A stretch of DNA of 64,000 bases, from positions 128,001 through 192,000 of the forward strand of contig CAVWEH010000005.1 in NCBI GenBank assembly GCA_963753975.1, given 5' to 3'. The DNA comes from an uncultured delta proteobacterium (GTDB lineage Bacteria > Desulfobacterota > Syntrophia > Syntrophales > Smithellaceae). Of the stretch, positions 21,807 through 31,803 are shown piece after piece. How positions within the stretch are numbered: the stretch's first letter is position 1; each line of letters begins with the position of its first letter. Made by a program: the position numbers and the translations under genes. Below the pieces are notes generated by a model, which did not search any database, was not told the origin of the DNA, and worked only from the letters and a program-made list of their open reading frames with translations.

Positions 21807-22519
21807 TGGGTATCCTAAAAGTATATCCGATAGAAGAATTCTATAAAACAATCAATCCGAAGGCCTATGCCCCCGGACAAATATGTCATGTAATAGTGCC
21901 CCATCTGACAAAAATTCCTCAAATTTTGGATGTTGAAAGAAATCGACCAGAAGAACATGACAATATAAAATTTACACTCAGAAACGCCAAACCGACAGGC
22001 GATTTTGTAACCGCCGACAGAACGCTTCCTTTGTCTAAAATTAATTTAAGAACAAACGAAGAATTGCTTGTTCAAAGAGCAAAAAAGAGGCGTGGCATAA
22101 TATTGCCGTCTTTCGTTAATGTTTATCCAGAGATTACTGCGCTTTTGTCTGGTGGCAAAGAACATCTACAGGATGATGCTTTATTTGTCATACCTTGCTA
22201 TGGCATAGAAACAAAGGATGACGCAAAAGGTTTCCCCCCTGAGATGGTGGAGCGGGTGCGATGTTTAATCTATAATCAATTCTTCTTTCTCCCAGCACAT
22301 AAAGTCCTAACAAAGGATTCCATTGCAAGATTTGATAGGATACAAGTCATTCCAGATAAAAAAGAAAGAGCGGCTTTAGAACCGACAGATTTATGTTTGT
22401 CCGATGATATTTTAAATATCTTTATTGCTCTTTTCCTATATTGTTTGACCGGTGTAACCGACGATGATCTAACTGCGATTAGACAATTGACATCTGAAAA
22501 ATATCTTGGAATTCAATAG
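21806..22519 (+). CDS. Putative toxin, divergent PemK/MazF-like
   Basis: TGATG coupling to the antitoxin; order PGQI...KKRRGIIL...FVIPCY...DSIARFDRIQVI resembles PemK strand motifs with insertions. Confidence 0.45.
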   Translation: MGILKVYPIEEFYKTINPKAYAPGQICHVIVPHLTKIPQILDVERNRPEEHDNIKFTLRNAKPTGDFVTADRTLPLSKINLRTNEELLVQRAKKRRGIILPSFVNVYPEITALLSGGKEHLQDDALFVIPCYGIETKDDAKGFPPEMVERVRCLIYNQFFFLPAHKVLTKDSIARFDRIQVIPDKKERAALEPTDLCLSDDILNIFIALFLYCLTGVTDDDLTAIRQLTSEKYLGIQ

Positions 22520-22811
22520 GGCTGATCAATCAAAAATCATTATCCCCCCTGACACGAAGAGCATAATTGTAAAACATGAATTATTTAAGGATAAAGATTA
22601 CACCCCATATCTACACCTTGTCGCCCTCGACGAAAAGACAGGACTTCAATCAGCAATAAACAATTCACGTCCGCTGATAGACAGCAACATCCCACCTACA
22701 TTTGCGTCCAAGATTTCCTTGACATACAAGACCGAAGTTCTTATACTAAAAAACATAGAAGCAATGTCTTATCAAGTGCAATTTTTAAAAGACCACACGC
22801 TTGAATATTGA
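22506..22811 (+). CDS. Hypothetical protein
   Basis: 101-aa ORF with a TTG start in the island; no recognisable motif. Confidence 0.35.
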   Translation: MEFNRADQSKIIIPPDTKSIIVKHELFKDKDYTPYLHLVALDEKTGLQSAINNSRPLIDSNIPPTFASKISLTYKTEVLILKNIEAMSYQVQFLKDHTLEY

Positions 22812-22871
22812 GTACAAATATTCCTATGGCTAATACGGAAATCAACGTAAAAAGGATTTAATAATAAGAAA

Positions 22872-23210
22872 ATGGCAATCATAATTAAGACAGCTGATCC
22901 AGCGGGACTTTTAACAGCAATAAAAAAAGCTATTGACGCTAAATCTATAGAAACTTGGCTGTACAACAGTGACGGATTTTTCACACATTCACCTGAACAA
23001 TGGAAGTATAAAGCTTGGTTTAAACCGGAAACGACTGCAAGAGAACTCAAATTTGGAATTTATCCCCCCAAGGATGATACTATAAAGAGTTTGATCTATG
23101 GCTTATATCATGGAAGATTTATTGAAATGATGCTTAATCATTTTGATAAAGATTTCTCAGAAATCACGGCGACAGCATTAATTGTTCATCCAGATTATCA
23201 AAAAAAATAA
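22872..23210 (+). CDS. Hypothetical protein
   Basis: 112-aa ORF with globular composition (DGFFTH..EQW...YHGRFIEMML). Confidence 0.7.
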   Translation: MAIIIKTADPAGLLTAIKKAIDAKSIETWLYNSDGFFTHSPEQWKYKAWFKPETTARELKFGIYPPKDDTIKSLIYGLYHGRFIEMMLNHFDKDFSEITATALIVHPDYQKK

Positions 23211-23222
23211 GGTAAATAAACT

Positions 23223-23915
23223 ATGACAGATAATTTGATAGCAATAATACAAGCCATTCAAGCACAATCAACCAATGTCATAGACCTAATTCAAAAGATT
23301 GATGCTTTTTATAATAACGCATGGAATAAATTAATAATTATCGGTTCGGTTGCACTTGGAATTGTTGGCCTTATTGTCCCATTATTCATACAGTTGTATC
23401 AGAGAAGAACCTTAAAATTAAGTGAGAAACTACTGATGCAGGAATTAGGCTCACAAAACATTAAAACTAAAAATGAAACCATCGTCGAATTGTCAAAAAA
23501 AATAGAAGAAAAATTTGGAGAATATGAAAATAAAATTAAAATTATGAGTGCTTCGGCTAATGCAAAAATTTATCTGACTCAAGGAAAACTCGAACTTGAA
23601 AAAAATTATTACTCTCCTGCACTTAGTTACTTTGTTGCATGCGCTTATAGCTGTATAGAATGTAATGACCACCAAAATTTACAGGTGGCATTGAAGTCAA
23701 TTTTGAATGAGTGTCTACCACATTTATCTGTTGAAGAAATAAACGACATAAAAGTTTCTAAAGAAAGTGACATTGATTATTTTTTAAGTCATTTGAAAGA
23801 AAAGGATGATATTGGATATTATTCATCAATTATTCAAGACATTAAACTTAAAATTACTAAACTTCCTAAGACAGTCAAAGAAAAGCCACAAGAACAACCG
23901 AAGGGTCAAACATAG
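23223..23915 (+). CDS. Hypothetical single-TM, helical protein
   Basis: 230-aa ORF with one N-terminal TM followed by coiled/TPR-like helices. Confidence 0.7.
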   Translation: MTDNLIAIIQAIQAQSTNVIDLIQKIDAFYNNAWNKLIIIGSVALGIVGLIVPLFIQLYQRRTLKLSEKLLMQELGSQNIKTKNETIVELSKKIEEKFGEYENKIKIMSASANAKIYLTQGKLELEKNYYSPALSYFVACAYSCIECNDHQNLQVALKSILNECLPHLSVEEINDIKVSKESDIDYFLSHLKEKDDIGYYSSIIQDIKLKITKLPKTVKEKPQEQPKGQT

Positions 23916-24090
23916 GCCTCCTCTTATCCCTTATACATTTTTTCGATTATATCTTCGTATTGCTTACCTATTCGGGTGATACCATACCGATTAATTTATT
24001 AATGGCGCAGCGGCGCTACCTTACGGCGATCTTATCGCCCTGCCGAATCTCATCCGGCCCTCGACAACACCGAAAGAGAAGAGAATCGAA

Positions 24091-24913
24091 TTACTTCGCG
24101 GTCGGGGTTTCGGGAGCGAGGTAGCGCACGGAGATAGCGAGTGCTTTAGTCGCGTAATTCTCCGGCGCGCTTACGTACTTGACTTCCACTTTCTTACCCA
24201 CCGTCGACCCGGGCATTGCCGCCAGCGAGGTTACCCCTGGCCTTCCCATCAGCATCATAGAAAATGGTAGCACTTGTCCCGCTGCCCACTATGAGAATAT
24301 TGATTTTTTCACCATTATCGGCGAGAACCACAATCAGACCAGCCGGCCACAAGGGCGGTCCTGACTTGAACTGGAACCCATGGGGAAAGGATTCAATTGT
24401 GCCTTTGACGGTTTTTGTTTCGCCTGCCTGTGCCGATGGCTCCCGAACCTGTTCCGCTTTTGCGGTACTTGTAGTGCGGGTCTCGTCACAGGCGATAGGC
24501 GTTCCGGAAACCAATTCAATATCAGGAAACCATTTGCTGGAAAAAGTCGGCCACGAGGCCTTGAATTGGTAGGTCCTTCCAGCCCCAACACATACCCGCA
24601 ACGGCTGTGCCCGCTCAAAACTGGGAGGACTCAACGTATTAAAACCAACCAGTTCCATGGGTCCGGCAATCCTGTCCCATGAAATTTGATCATTTAGTCC
24701 GACTGCTCCAATCTGCTTGCCGCTATCTATAATGCCGATGGGAGCAGCAGATCCGACGAAACCACCGCCCCGTGAAACTATGATTCGTGCCGAGTCGGCG
24801 GGAATTGGTCCGGTTGCCGCAGGCACCAACTGACTAGTGGTGGCACAGCCGGCCAGAAGAGCGGCTGCCAGACAAACTGCTATACGGGCGAGCACAAAAA
24901 TTCTGCGATTCAT
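24091..24913 (-). CDS. Putative lipoprotein, with a probable frameshift near 24230
   Basis: Lipobox LLAGC after MNRRIF; the C-terminus appears to continue in ORF 24091-24273 (VGKKVEVKY...). Confidence 0.55.
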
Positions 24914-25053
24914 ATAGTCGTCTCTCCTAATCAAATATTTCTTTGTATGAATTATAACACAAAATTTTAGATGATTGCTGCAATAATCTAGACAGGCCTT
25001 AATTTTAGACACTGTCTGTCAAGCCAACTAATTTTCAGTGCAATAGAAGAATG

Positions 25054-25320
25054 TCATTCTTCATATCCTTCCAATAATTCCCGGATAGCCGGCTTTATAT
25101 AAATGTCACTGAGGTCAAACTGCCGTAATGCTTTAATCATAGCTTGATTTTTTTCTTTCACTGTAACCCTGGAGTTCAGAATCAGAACGTATTTCCCTTC
25201 AATACGGCAGAGCCCTCCGGTGCTTGATGATTCCTCAATATTTATATTTTCATCACGAACTTCTATTCCAAGCTTTTCGGCCAGTTCTTCGAGTTGATTT
25301 AACAGGACTTCTTCATTCAT
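25054..25320 (-). CDS. Small hypothetical protein
   Basis: LEELAEKLGIEVR...GGLCRIEG; resembles an ImmA/IrrE N-terminus but has no HExxH. Confidence 0.65.
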   Translation of the reverse strand: MNEEVLLNQLEELAEKLGIEVRDENINIEESSSTGGLCRIEGKYVLILNSRVTVKEKNQAMIKALRQFDLSDIYIKPAIRELLEGYEE

Positions 25321-25519
25321 AAGCTTATTATCCGGAAACAAGCAGGCGTTTGTTTTCTCCAGGCATACATGAGTTATTGGTTAATTCAACTTTTGCGACA
25401 AGTCAATGACGAATAAAAAATGCCGTTCTCCCGATAGGATACCGGCAAAATATGTTGCATTTATTACAAAAGCCTTTAGCGAAATGGCACCGCCCCACAT
25501 TTTGCGAATCAATATTTAA

Positions 25520-25548
25520 TTGACATGCAAGAGCGCGTTTCTTATAAT
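25520..25548 (+). promoter_or_regulatory. Perfect-consensus sigma70 promoter
   Basis: TTGACA(25520)-17 bp-TATAAT(25543). Confidence 0.75.
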
Positions 25549-25690
25549 TCAACCGTGAACAAGTAATCTCTTATCAATAGGCGTTCCGGAACTGATGCGG
25601 GAAGGTGTCGCGTTCTTCAATGTGATCTAGTACGCATGGCATGCGCGACCGGGAAAGTAACGTAGCGTAAATTATTGGAAAGGATTAGCC

Positions 25691-26488
25691 ATGAAAAAGA
25701 GCAGCTTAATAACTACTGTCATCATCATTCTGCTCGGCATCGGTGTTGCCACATACTTCTACTGGCTCTACAACCAACCGAAACCTGAACCAATATCCAT
25801 GCCCGCTCCGCCGCCGCCGGCACCCGCCCCTCCGCCGCAGCAGGTCCTCGAGGCTCCTCCGACACAGACGCCGCTGCCTGGGCTATCCGAGAGCGACAAG
25901 TTCATGCTGGACATTCTGGCCGGCCTGGTGGGCAATAAATCGTTGATGAATCTGTTCTACACCGAGCAGATCATCCACAACATCGTCGCCACCATCGACA
26001 ACCTGCCGCGCAAACACTTGCCGCTCAGCGTGATGCCGGTCAAGCGGGTGGATGGTCTGTTTATTACTGAAGGCCCCCAAGACGACAAAACCATCAGCCC
26101 GAAAAATGCTGCGCGTTATTCGCCGTATGTAAGAATCGCCGAGCTGATCGATGCGCAGAAGCTGGTGGAGGTTTACGTGCGTCTCTATCCGCTGTTTCAA
26201 CAGGCATACGAAGAACTCGGTTATCCGAAAAAATATTTTAACGACCGCCTGCTGGTAGTGCTCGACCATCTGCTGGCTGCGCCCGACCTCAATGAGCCCG
26301 TCAAGCTCGTCCAGCCCAATGTTTTCTATTTGTATGCCGATCCCGATCTGGAAGCGCGCTCAGGCGGGCAGAAAATCCTCATGCGGATGGGCAGCAAGAA
26401 CGAAGCGAAAATAAAAGCCAAGCTGCGCGAGATAAAGCGGCAAGTTATGCTCCACATGCACGAGAAGAAGATGGATGACACCAAATGA
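25691..26488 (+). CDS. DUF3014 family protein
   Basis: N-terminal TM, Pro-rich linker, YPLFQQAYEELGYP..YFNDRL and ADPDLE..S.GQK.L.RMG..N. Confidence 0.8.
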   Translation: MKKSSLITTVIIILLGIGVATYFYWLYNQPKPEPISMPAPPPPAPAPPPQQVLEAPPTQTPLPGLSESDKFMLDILAGLVGNKSLMNLFYTEQIIHNIVATIDNLPRKHLPLSVMPVKRVDGLFITEGPQDDKTISPKNAARYSPYVRIAELIDAQKLVEVYVRLYPLFQQAYEELGYPKKYFNDRLLVVLDHLLAAPDLNEPVKLVQPNVFYLYADPDLEARSGGQKILMRMGSKNEAKIKAKLREIKRQVMLHMHEKKMDDTK

Positions 26489-26530
26489 TTTAAATGCTTA
26501 AGTCTAATATAGATCAGTTACATCTCATTA

Positions 26531-27406
26531 TCATTTTTGCAATTTAATTACTTTGTAACCGCGCTGGCGCAACAAATTGACTAAACCGTTATCGCCGACA
26601 AGGTGCGCCGCACCTACGACTACCATAGTGTTTCCCGAACCATGGAGATAGCCTTCGATATCCTTCACCCATTTATTGTTTCTGTCCACAATCAGGGTTT
26701 GATATAATTTTGGATAGCGTTGTAATTCTTTGATATAAAGCTCTTCCATTTTGGCCTCATCGCCCTTTCTCCAGGCGGCCAGATGTTCATCCAGCACCCT
26801 TTCAATTTGTCCGAGTTCATCGATAGCTTCAAGGACTTGGTCGCTTCCCCCACTCGCATCCACCGAAGCTAGAAGGCGAATTTGCTGATCCACTGTTTCC
26901 AAACTTCCCGTAGCTTTTCCATCCTGCATAGCTTTATCCTGGAAGAAATAATCAATCCCTTTTTTAGGGTCGGCGCCGATTTTGTTCATTTCCAAAACCG
27001 TAAGCGTCATCACAAAAAAAGTCGGCTTAAATAACTCGTATTGCTCCAGCGGATAATTACGCTCCCGGCAGAAGCTTTCGGCCTTGGCATAAGCCGCGGA
27101 TGTAATATGCTCTTTAAGAGTCGTGCCGTCATTGTAAATTGCCGCATTGAGAAACTCTTCCATATGTTCCGGACTTTCCATTTCACCGGGCGGAACTTCA
27201 AATATGATTTTGCGGGAGTCCCGATATGCTGTAAGAAATTCGGCAGGCAGAGGATAATCGGACGCCCTCAGCATATGGAAAGAACCGGCAAAATAAACAT
27301 TAGCCGTAGAAGAGCTTGCCATCCATACGGAACTTTCCGCCTGTACAGTTGCGGCTGTAAAAACAAGAAATAATATCAGCACCGCTCGCCACAAATTTAT
27401 TCTCAT
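26531..27406 (-). CDS. TraB/GumN family protein
   Basis: Signal peptide; YFAGSFH, LETVDQQ, RNNKW and VVVGAAHL.G motifs. Confidence 0.88.
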   Translation of the reverse strand: MRINLWRAVLILFLVFTAATVQAESSVWMASSSTANVYFAGSFHMLRASDYPLPAEFLTAYRDSRKIIFEVPPGEMESPEHMEEFLNAAIYNDGTTLKEHITSAAYAKAESFCRERNYPLEQYELFKPTFFVMTLTVLEMNKIGADPKKGIDYFFQDKAMQDGKATGSLETVDQQIRLLASVDASGGSDQVLEAIDELGQIERVLDEHLAAWRKGDEAKMEELYIKELQRYPKLYQTLIVDRNNKWVKDIEGYLHGSGNTMVVVGAAHLVGDNGLVNLLRQRGYKVIKLQK

Positions 27407-27437
27407 CGAATTTTCCTTCTCTGGAACTAATCAAACA

Positions 27438-28202
27438 TTATTTCATCCGGCTGAACAAAACGCTCCCCAAGAGGAACATAATAACGGCGAAGAAAGTGAC
27501 GACTATAAAATCAACATAGAATGGAAAAATATTGACATTGAGCAATGCCCCCCGAACGCCGTCCACCGCATAGGTAAGGGGATTAAGTTTTACCAAATCT
27601 TGCAACCAGAGGGGAAGCTTTTCGTCAACCGGAAAGAGAGCGCCCGATAAAAAAAAGAGCGGAAATATAACAAAGGACGAGATGACCTGGAAACCCTCCA
27701 GAGAATTAAAAAGAGAGCCCAGTGCAAGCCCCATCGAAACCAGCGCGATCGATGTAACAAACAATAAAAGTAAAGCCAGCGGAATTCCCCGGGGATTTAT
27801 CGACGGAAACAAAAACGAGAAGAGAAAGAGAACTATAATCTGTAGTGTAACATCCGTGCATCCCCCCAGAACCTTTCCCATAAAGATGCTGATACGCGAT
27901 ACCGGCGCCACCAGGATGGCTTTGAGCACGTCGAGCTTGCGGTCCCAGACTATGTAAAGACCGAAGTACACTGAGCCGAAAAGCACGAGCATTGCGAGTA
28001 TACCCGGATATATATAATCCTGATAATTGATGCCGCTGACGCTAACGCTCGCTCCCACACCGCTGCCGAACAGGAAAAGCCACATGAGCGGCTGGACGAT
28101 GCTGGAGACGATTCTGCTTTTCTCGCGCTGGAAAACCTTGAATTCCCGCCACCAGACAGCATAAACACCCATCAATTCTCTGCGGACGAACCTCTCGTTC
28201 AT
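27438..28202 (-). CDS. ABC-2 type transporter permease
   Basis: Six TMs; YPGILAM, FLSGALFP and NPLTYAVDGVR. Confidence 0.9.
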   Translation of the reverse strand: MNERFVRRELMGVYAVWWREFKVFQREKSRIVSSIVQPLMWLFLFGSGVGASVSVSGINYQDYIYPGILAMLVLFGSVYFGLYIVWDRKLDVLKAILVAPVSRISIFMGKVLGGCTDVTLQIIVLFLFSFLFPSINPRGIPLALLLLFVTSIALVSMGLALGSLFNSLEGFQVISSFVIFPLFFLSGALFPVDEKLPLWLQDLVKLNPLTYAVDGVRGALLNVNIFPFYVDFIVVTFFAVIMFLLGSVLFSRMK

Positions 28203-28208
28203 ATAGAA

Positions 28209-29186
28209 TCAAGACCCTCTCTGACGGTAACGGGCTACGGATTCCACCCAGCCGCCGGAATCCTCTATAGAATCTTCCCTGATGTCCCTTCCGGTAAGCT
28301 TGATAAACACGTCGTTGAGCGTGGGCACCCTCATCTCCACACACTCCACATTCCGAATATGAGCGAGAAGTTCAGGCAGGTGCGCATAAGCTTTTTTCAT
28401 AGTTATCTCTACCAGACCATCGTTTTCCTTCACTGCCGAGACATAAGGAAGGGCGCGTATTTTTTCCAGGGGAGGTTCTTGCACCTTTATTATCACCATA
28501 TCTCCGCCCATTGACTCTTTCAGGTTTTCCGGAGAATCGAGCGCGATTATCCGGCCATGATCGATGACGCCCACACGGTCGCATACCTGCTCCGCTTCCT
28601 CCATGTAATGGGTGGTGAGCACAACGGTGGTTTGCTCCATTTGAGCCATCTTTTTGATGTATTCCCAGATGCGCGCCCGCGTTTGCGGATCAAGCCCGAG
28701 TGTCGGCTCGTCCAGAAAAAGCACTGCCGGCCGGTGCAAAAGACCGCGGGCTAATTCCAGACGCCTGCGCATCCCTCCCGAGTAAGTGCGGGTTACATCA
28801 TTACTGCGCTGCTTCAAGTCGACCAGTTCCAACATTTCCGTTATCCTTTTCTCCCGGATAGCGGAAGGGACGCCGTAGAGACGCGCGTGAAGTTCGAGAT
28901 TTTCCCGTCCGGTAAGAACGGTATCCAAGGTGGGATCCTGAAATACTATACCGACTTTGCGTCGTACCTGTGCGGGCTCGCCTACTACATCATAACCCGC
29001 TATGGAAGCGCTGCCGGAAGTCGGGCGGATAATGGTACAAAGCATGCCGATAGTTGTGGTTTTGCCGGCACCATTAGGCCCGAGCAGTCCGAATATTTCG
29101 CCTTTTTCTATGTTCAGATCAATGCCGCGGACTGCATGTATTCCACCGTAACTTTTTGTGAGGGCATTCGTCTTAATGATCACCAT
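28209..29186 (-). CDS. ABC transporter ATP-binding protein (DrrA-like)
   Basis: Walker A GPNGAGKT, YSGGM and LFLDEPT. Confidence 0.93.
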   Translation of the reverse strand: MVIIKTNALTKSYGGIHAVRGIDLNIEKGEIFGLLGPNGAGKTTTIGMLCTIIRPTSGSASIAGYDVVGEPAQVRRKVGIVFQDPTLDTVLTGRENLELHARLYGVPSAIREKRITEMLELVDLKQRSNDVTRTYSGGMRRRLELARGLLHRPAVLFLDEPTLGLDPQTRARIWEYIKKMAQMEQTTVVLTTHYMEEAEQVCDRVGVIDHGRIIALDSPENLKESMGGDMVIIKVQEPPLEKIRALPYVSAVKENDGLVEITMKKAYAHLPELLAHIRNVECVEMRVPTLNDVFIKLTGRDIREDSIEDSGGWVESVARYRQRGS

Positions 29187-29234
29187 ACTGGAAAAGGTAT
29201 TGGCTCCTGAAAATTTATTGCCGTCTACTGTCTA

Positions 29235-30218
29235 TCAGTCGCCCGAAATGGCTCCGGGCCACAGATAATAAAAACCAGCCTTAGCGCCGAGAATTTCCGG
29301 AAGTTCAATATTGATCACCGAAACATTCAAATTCTCAGATGCGGCGCCTGCGATATTATAATAATTATCCTCCGGAAATTCGATCCGGCGGTAGACGATC
29401 AATTTCGCGTCTTCGGAAATCTTTGCTATTGTTTTTGCTTCTTGAACCGCGTCGCTTATATAGCCGATTTTGTCTATCAGTCCCATTTGCAGGGCCTCGT
29501 CTGCCAAAAACACGCGTGCCGTGGAAATTTCCGTGATTGCCTGCGGTGTAAGTTTGCGATGTTTTTTCACCAAACCTATAAATCGTTCTCCAAAATCATT
29601 CATCGCTTTTTGCAGAAGTTTTCTTTCTTCTTCGCTGCTCTCCCGGAAAGGTGATCCCATATCCTTATATTTGCCGACCTTCTGCACGTCAACACCAAGG
29701 CCGATTTTATCCATCAAGCCTTTAACTTTCGGCTGCAGAGAAATAACTCCTACCGAACCCGTTACAGTCGTCGGGTGCGCCATAATTATATCCGCCGGAA
29801 GAGACATGTAATACGCGCCGGACGTGGCTATGTCCATCATGGAAATCACAATTTTACTGCCCGTTTTTTCTTTGTAAGCGGAAATCTCGTGATAGAGAAG
29901 ATCACTGGCGGTGATGGTGCCGCCGGGAGAATTTACTTTGAACAAAACAGCTTTGATTTGTTTATCTTTTTGAGCTTTGTTAATTTGCAAAACTACCTGT
30001 TCAACCAGACTCGGAGTGGTGGTGATAAAACCTTTTTTAGGATTGTCCGAGATTAATCCATTTACAGGAATCAGCAATATTTTATCCGCGCCTGTTCCTT
30101 CCAGGGTATATTCTTTGAGCGGGTCGGGTGTTTCGCTAAAAATATTGAATTTCGGTGCCGCGCACCCCATGATTAAAACTAAAATCGACGTCAATATAAT
30201 GAAATAAGGTCTTTTCAT
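29235..30218 (-). CDS. sppA: Signal peptide peptidase SppA (S49), lipoprotein
   Basis: VNSPGG, ATSGAYY, TGSVGV and GKYKD motifs; lipobox IMGC. Confidence 0.9.
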   Translation of the reverse strand: MKRPYFIILTSILVLIMGCAAPKFNIFSETPDPLKEYTLEGTGADKILLIPVNGLISDNPKKGFITTTPSLVEQVVLQINKAQKDKQIKAVLFKVNSPGGTITASDLLYHEISAYKEKTGSKIVISMMDIATSGAYYMSLPADIIMAHPTTVTGSVGVISLQPKVKGLMDKIGLGVDVQKVGKYKDMGSPFRESSEEERKLLQKAMNDFGERFIGLVKKHRKLTPQAITEISTARVFLADEALQMGLIDKIGYISDAVQEAKTIAKISEDAKLIVYRRIEFPEDNYYNIAGAASENLNVSVINIELPEILGAKAGFYYLWPGAISGD

Positions 30219-30487
30219 ACTTTACCTCCTTTGATTGGGCAACAAGCCCTCGCTAAGTTTCTATCACATTTTAACTAACAGTTCTCTGATTTTTTTTAAA
30301 TCATAAAAAACCGGAATTATTTAAGCTATCTTCTCCAATATCACGGCACGTTGGGAATGCTTTATGCGCCTTATTGTCGTTTCTCTTATTGACTTTGGCC
30401 TGCCTTTTTTGTAAAGAAGTTCCGGCCTTCTCAGGAAGGCCGCGCCTGAATGATTCTCCGGCGCAGATATTAAGGAGGCTCTTCATT

Positions 30488-31765
30488 ATGGCAAAGGTTC
30501 AAGTATTTGAAAAAAGACCGCCGGTGCTCGGCATCAACAGTTTAGGCCGCATCGGTAAGCTGACATTGTGGCACCATGTGGGAAGAAAGTATTTTAAAGA
30601 AATTGTTGTCAACCTCGGACGGGAAGTAGGAACGGGGTTTGAAGCTATAGCACAGATGATCGAGAAGGACGCGACCTATGGATTACTCCATAGATTTCTC
30701 TACGGCATAAAAGCAGAGCGCGTTATTCAGATCGTGGATGAAAAAAAAGGCAAAATGCTCATCGACGGGGTCCCGGTGACAGTGCTGCGGGAAGCCCGAA
30801 ATCCGGCTGATATTCCCTGGCGCGAATACGGCGCCGATATTGTCGTCGATTGCACGGGAAAATTCAAAGATCCGACAATATCCCCGGATGATAAAAAGGG
30901 CTCTATTCGGGGACATTTTCACGGCGGGGCAAAGGTCGTTATCAATTCCTCCCCTTTTAAAATAAAAAATAAAGCTTTATCCATGCCCGACGACGCAGTA
31001 ACTTTGATTTACGGAATCAACCATGCCGCTTTCGATCAGAAGAAACACCAGCTTATTTCCGCGGCTTCCTGCACAACCACTGGGCTCGCCCACATGATTA
31101 AACCTCTACTCGAACACGAGGAAACAAATACAATACTCACGGCCTCCATGTCGACCATCCATGCCGTTACCAATTCGCAGAGCGCGCTGGACAGTGTTCC
31201 CAAGGCCGGAGAGAAAGACCTGAGAAAAAACAGAAGCATCCTCAATAACATAATCCTGACTTCCACGAATGCGGCGGAAGCTCTGGGACAGGTAATTCCG
31301 GAGGTAAAAAACATCGGTTTTATGGCCGACTCCATCAGAGTGCCGACCAACACCCTTTCTTTAATTGTTCTGAACGCTACTTTTCAAACGCGCGTAAATA
31401 AGGATGGTGTTGCCGCGGCTATCGATACAAAAACAATAAATGGTATTTACCGAAAAGCCGCCCAGAGCAATCCCGAACACTTAATCATATTTACCATGGA
31501 GCAGAATGTTTCCACCGACCTTATCGGAGTGGACGCGGCGGTAATTATCGAGGGGCAATTCAACCACATCAGAACAGCCTTTATTAATGTAGACCTCTCT
31601 CATATTCCGAATTTACCCCACGGCCTGCTCCAGACTTTTGCCGAAAAAACGATGAAAATACCGGTTGTTCACGCGAAGATTTTTGGCTGGTACGACAACG
31701 AATTCGGCAGCTACACAAACAGGGTGGGAGACCTGACGGTCTTTATTCATAAGAACATGTTGTAG
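30488..31765 (+). CDS. Atypical GAPDH-family dehydrogenase
   Basis: GINSLGRIG, VVDCTG, SAASCTTT, STIH and WYDNE motifs with insertions; AGGAGG RBS. Confidence 0.85.
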   Translation: MAKVQVFEKRPPVLGINSLGRIGKLTLWHHVGRKYFKEIVVNLGREVGTGFEAIAQMIEKDATYGLLHRFLYGIKAERVIQIVDEKKGKMLIDGVPVTVLREARNPADIPWREYGADIVVDCTGKFKDPTISPDDKKGSIRGHFHGGAKVVINSSPFKIKNKALSMPDDAVTLIYGINHAAFDQKKHQLISAASCTTTGLAHMIKPLLEHEETNTILTASMSTIHAVTNSQSALDSVPKAGEKDLRKNRSILNNIILTSTNAAEALGQVIPEVKNIGFMADSIRVPTNTLSLIVLNATFQTRVNKDGVAAAIDTKTINGIYRKAAQSNPEHLIIFTMEQNVSTDLIGVDAAVIIEGQFNHIRTAFINVDLSHIPNLPHGLLQTFAEKTMKIPVVHAKIFGWYDNEFGSYTNRVGDLTVFIHKNML

Positions 31766-31803
31766 AAAAAGTCAATTCATCAACAGCCTGATGATTTTAG
31801 CCT

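Noticed and set aside
25567..25660. SAM-I riboswitch (CTCTTATCAA start)
   Set aside because: Downstream SAM-I core motifs and the closing P1 strand are not recognisable
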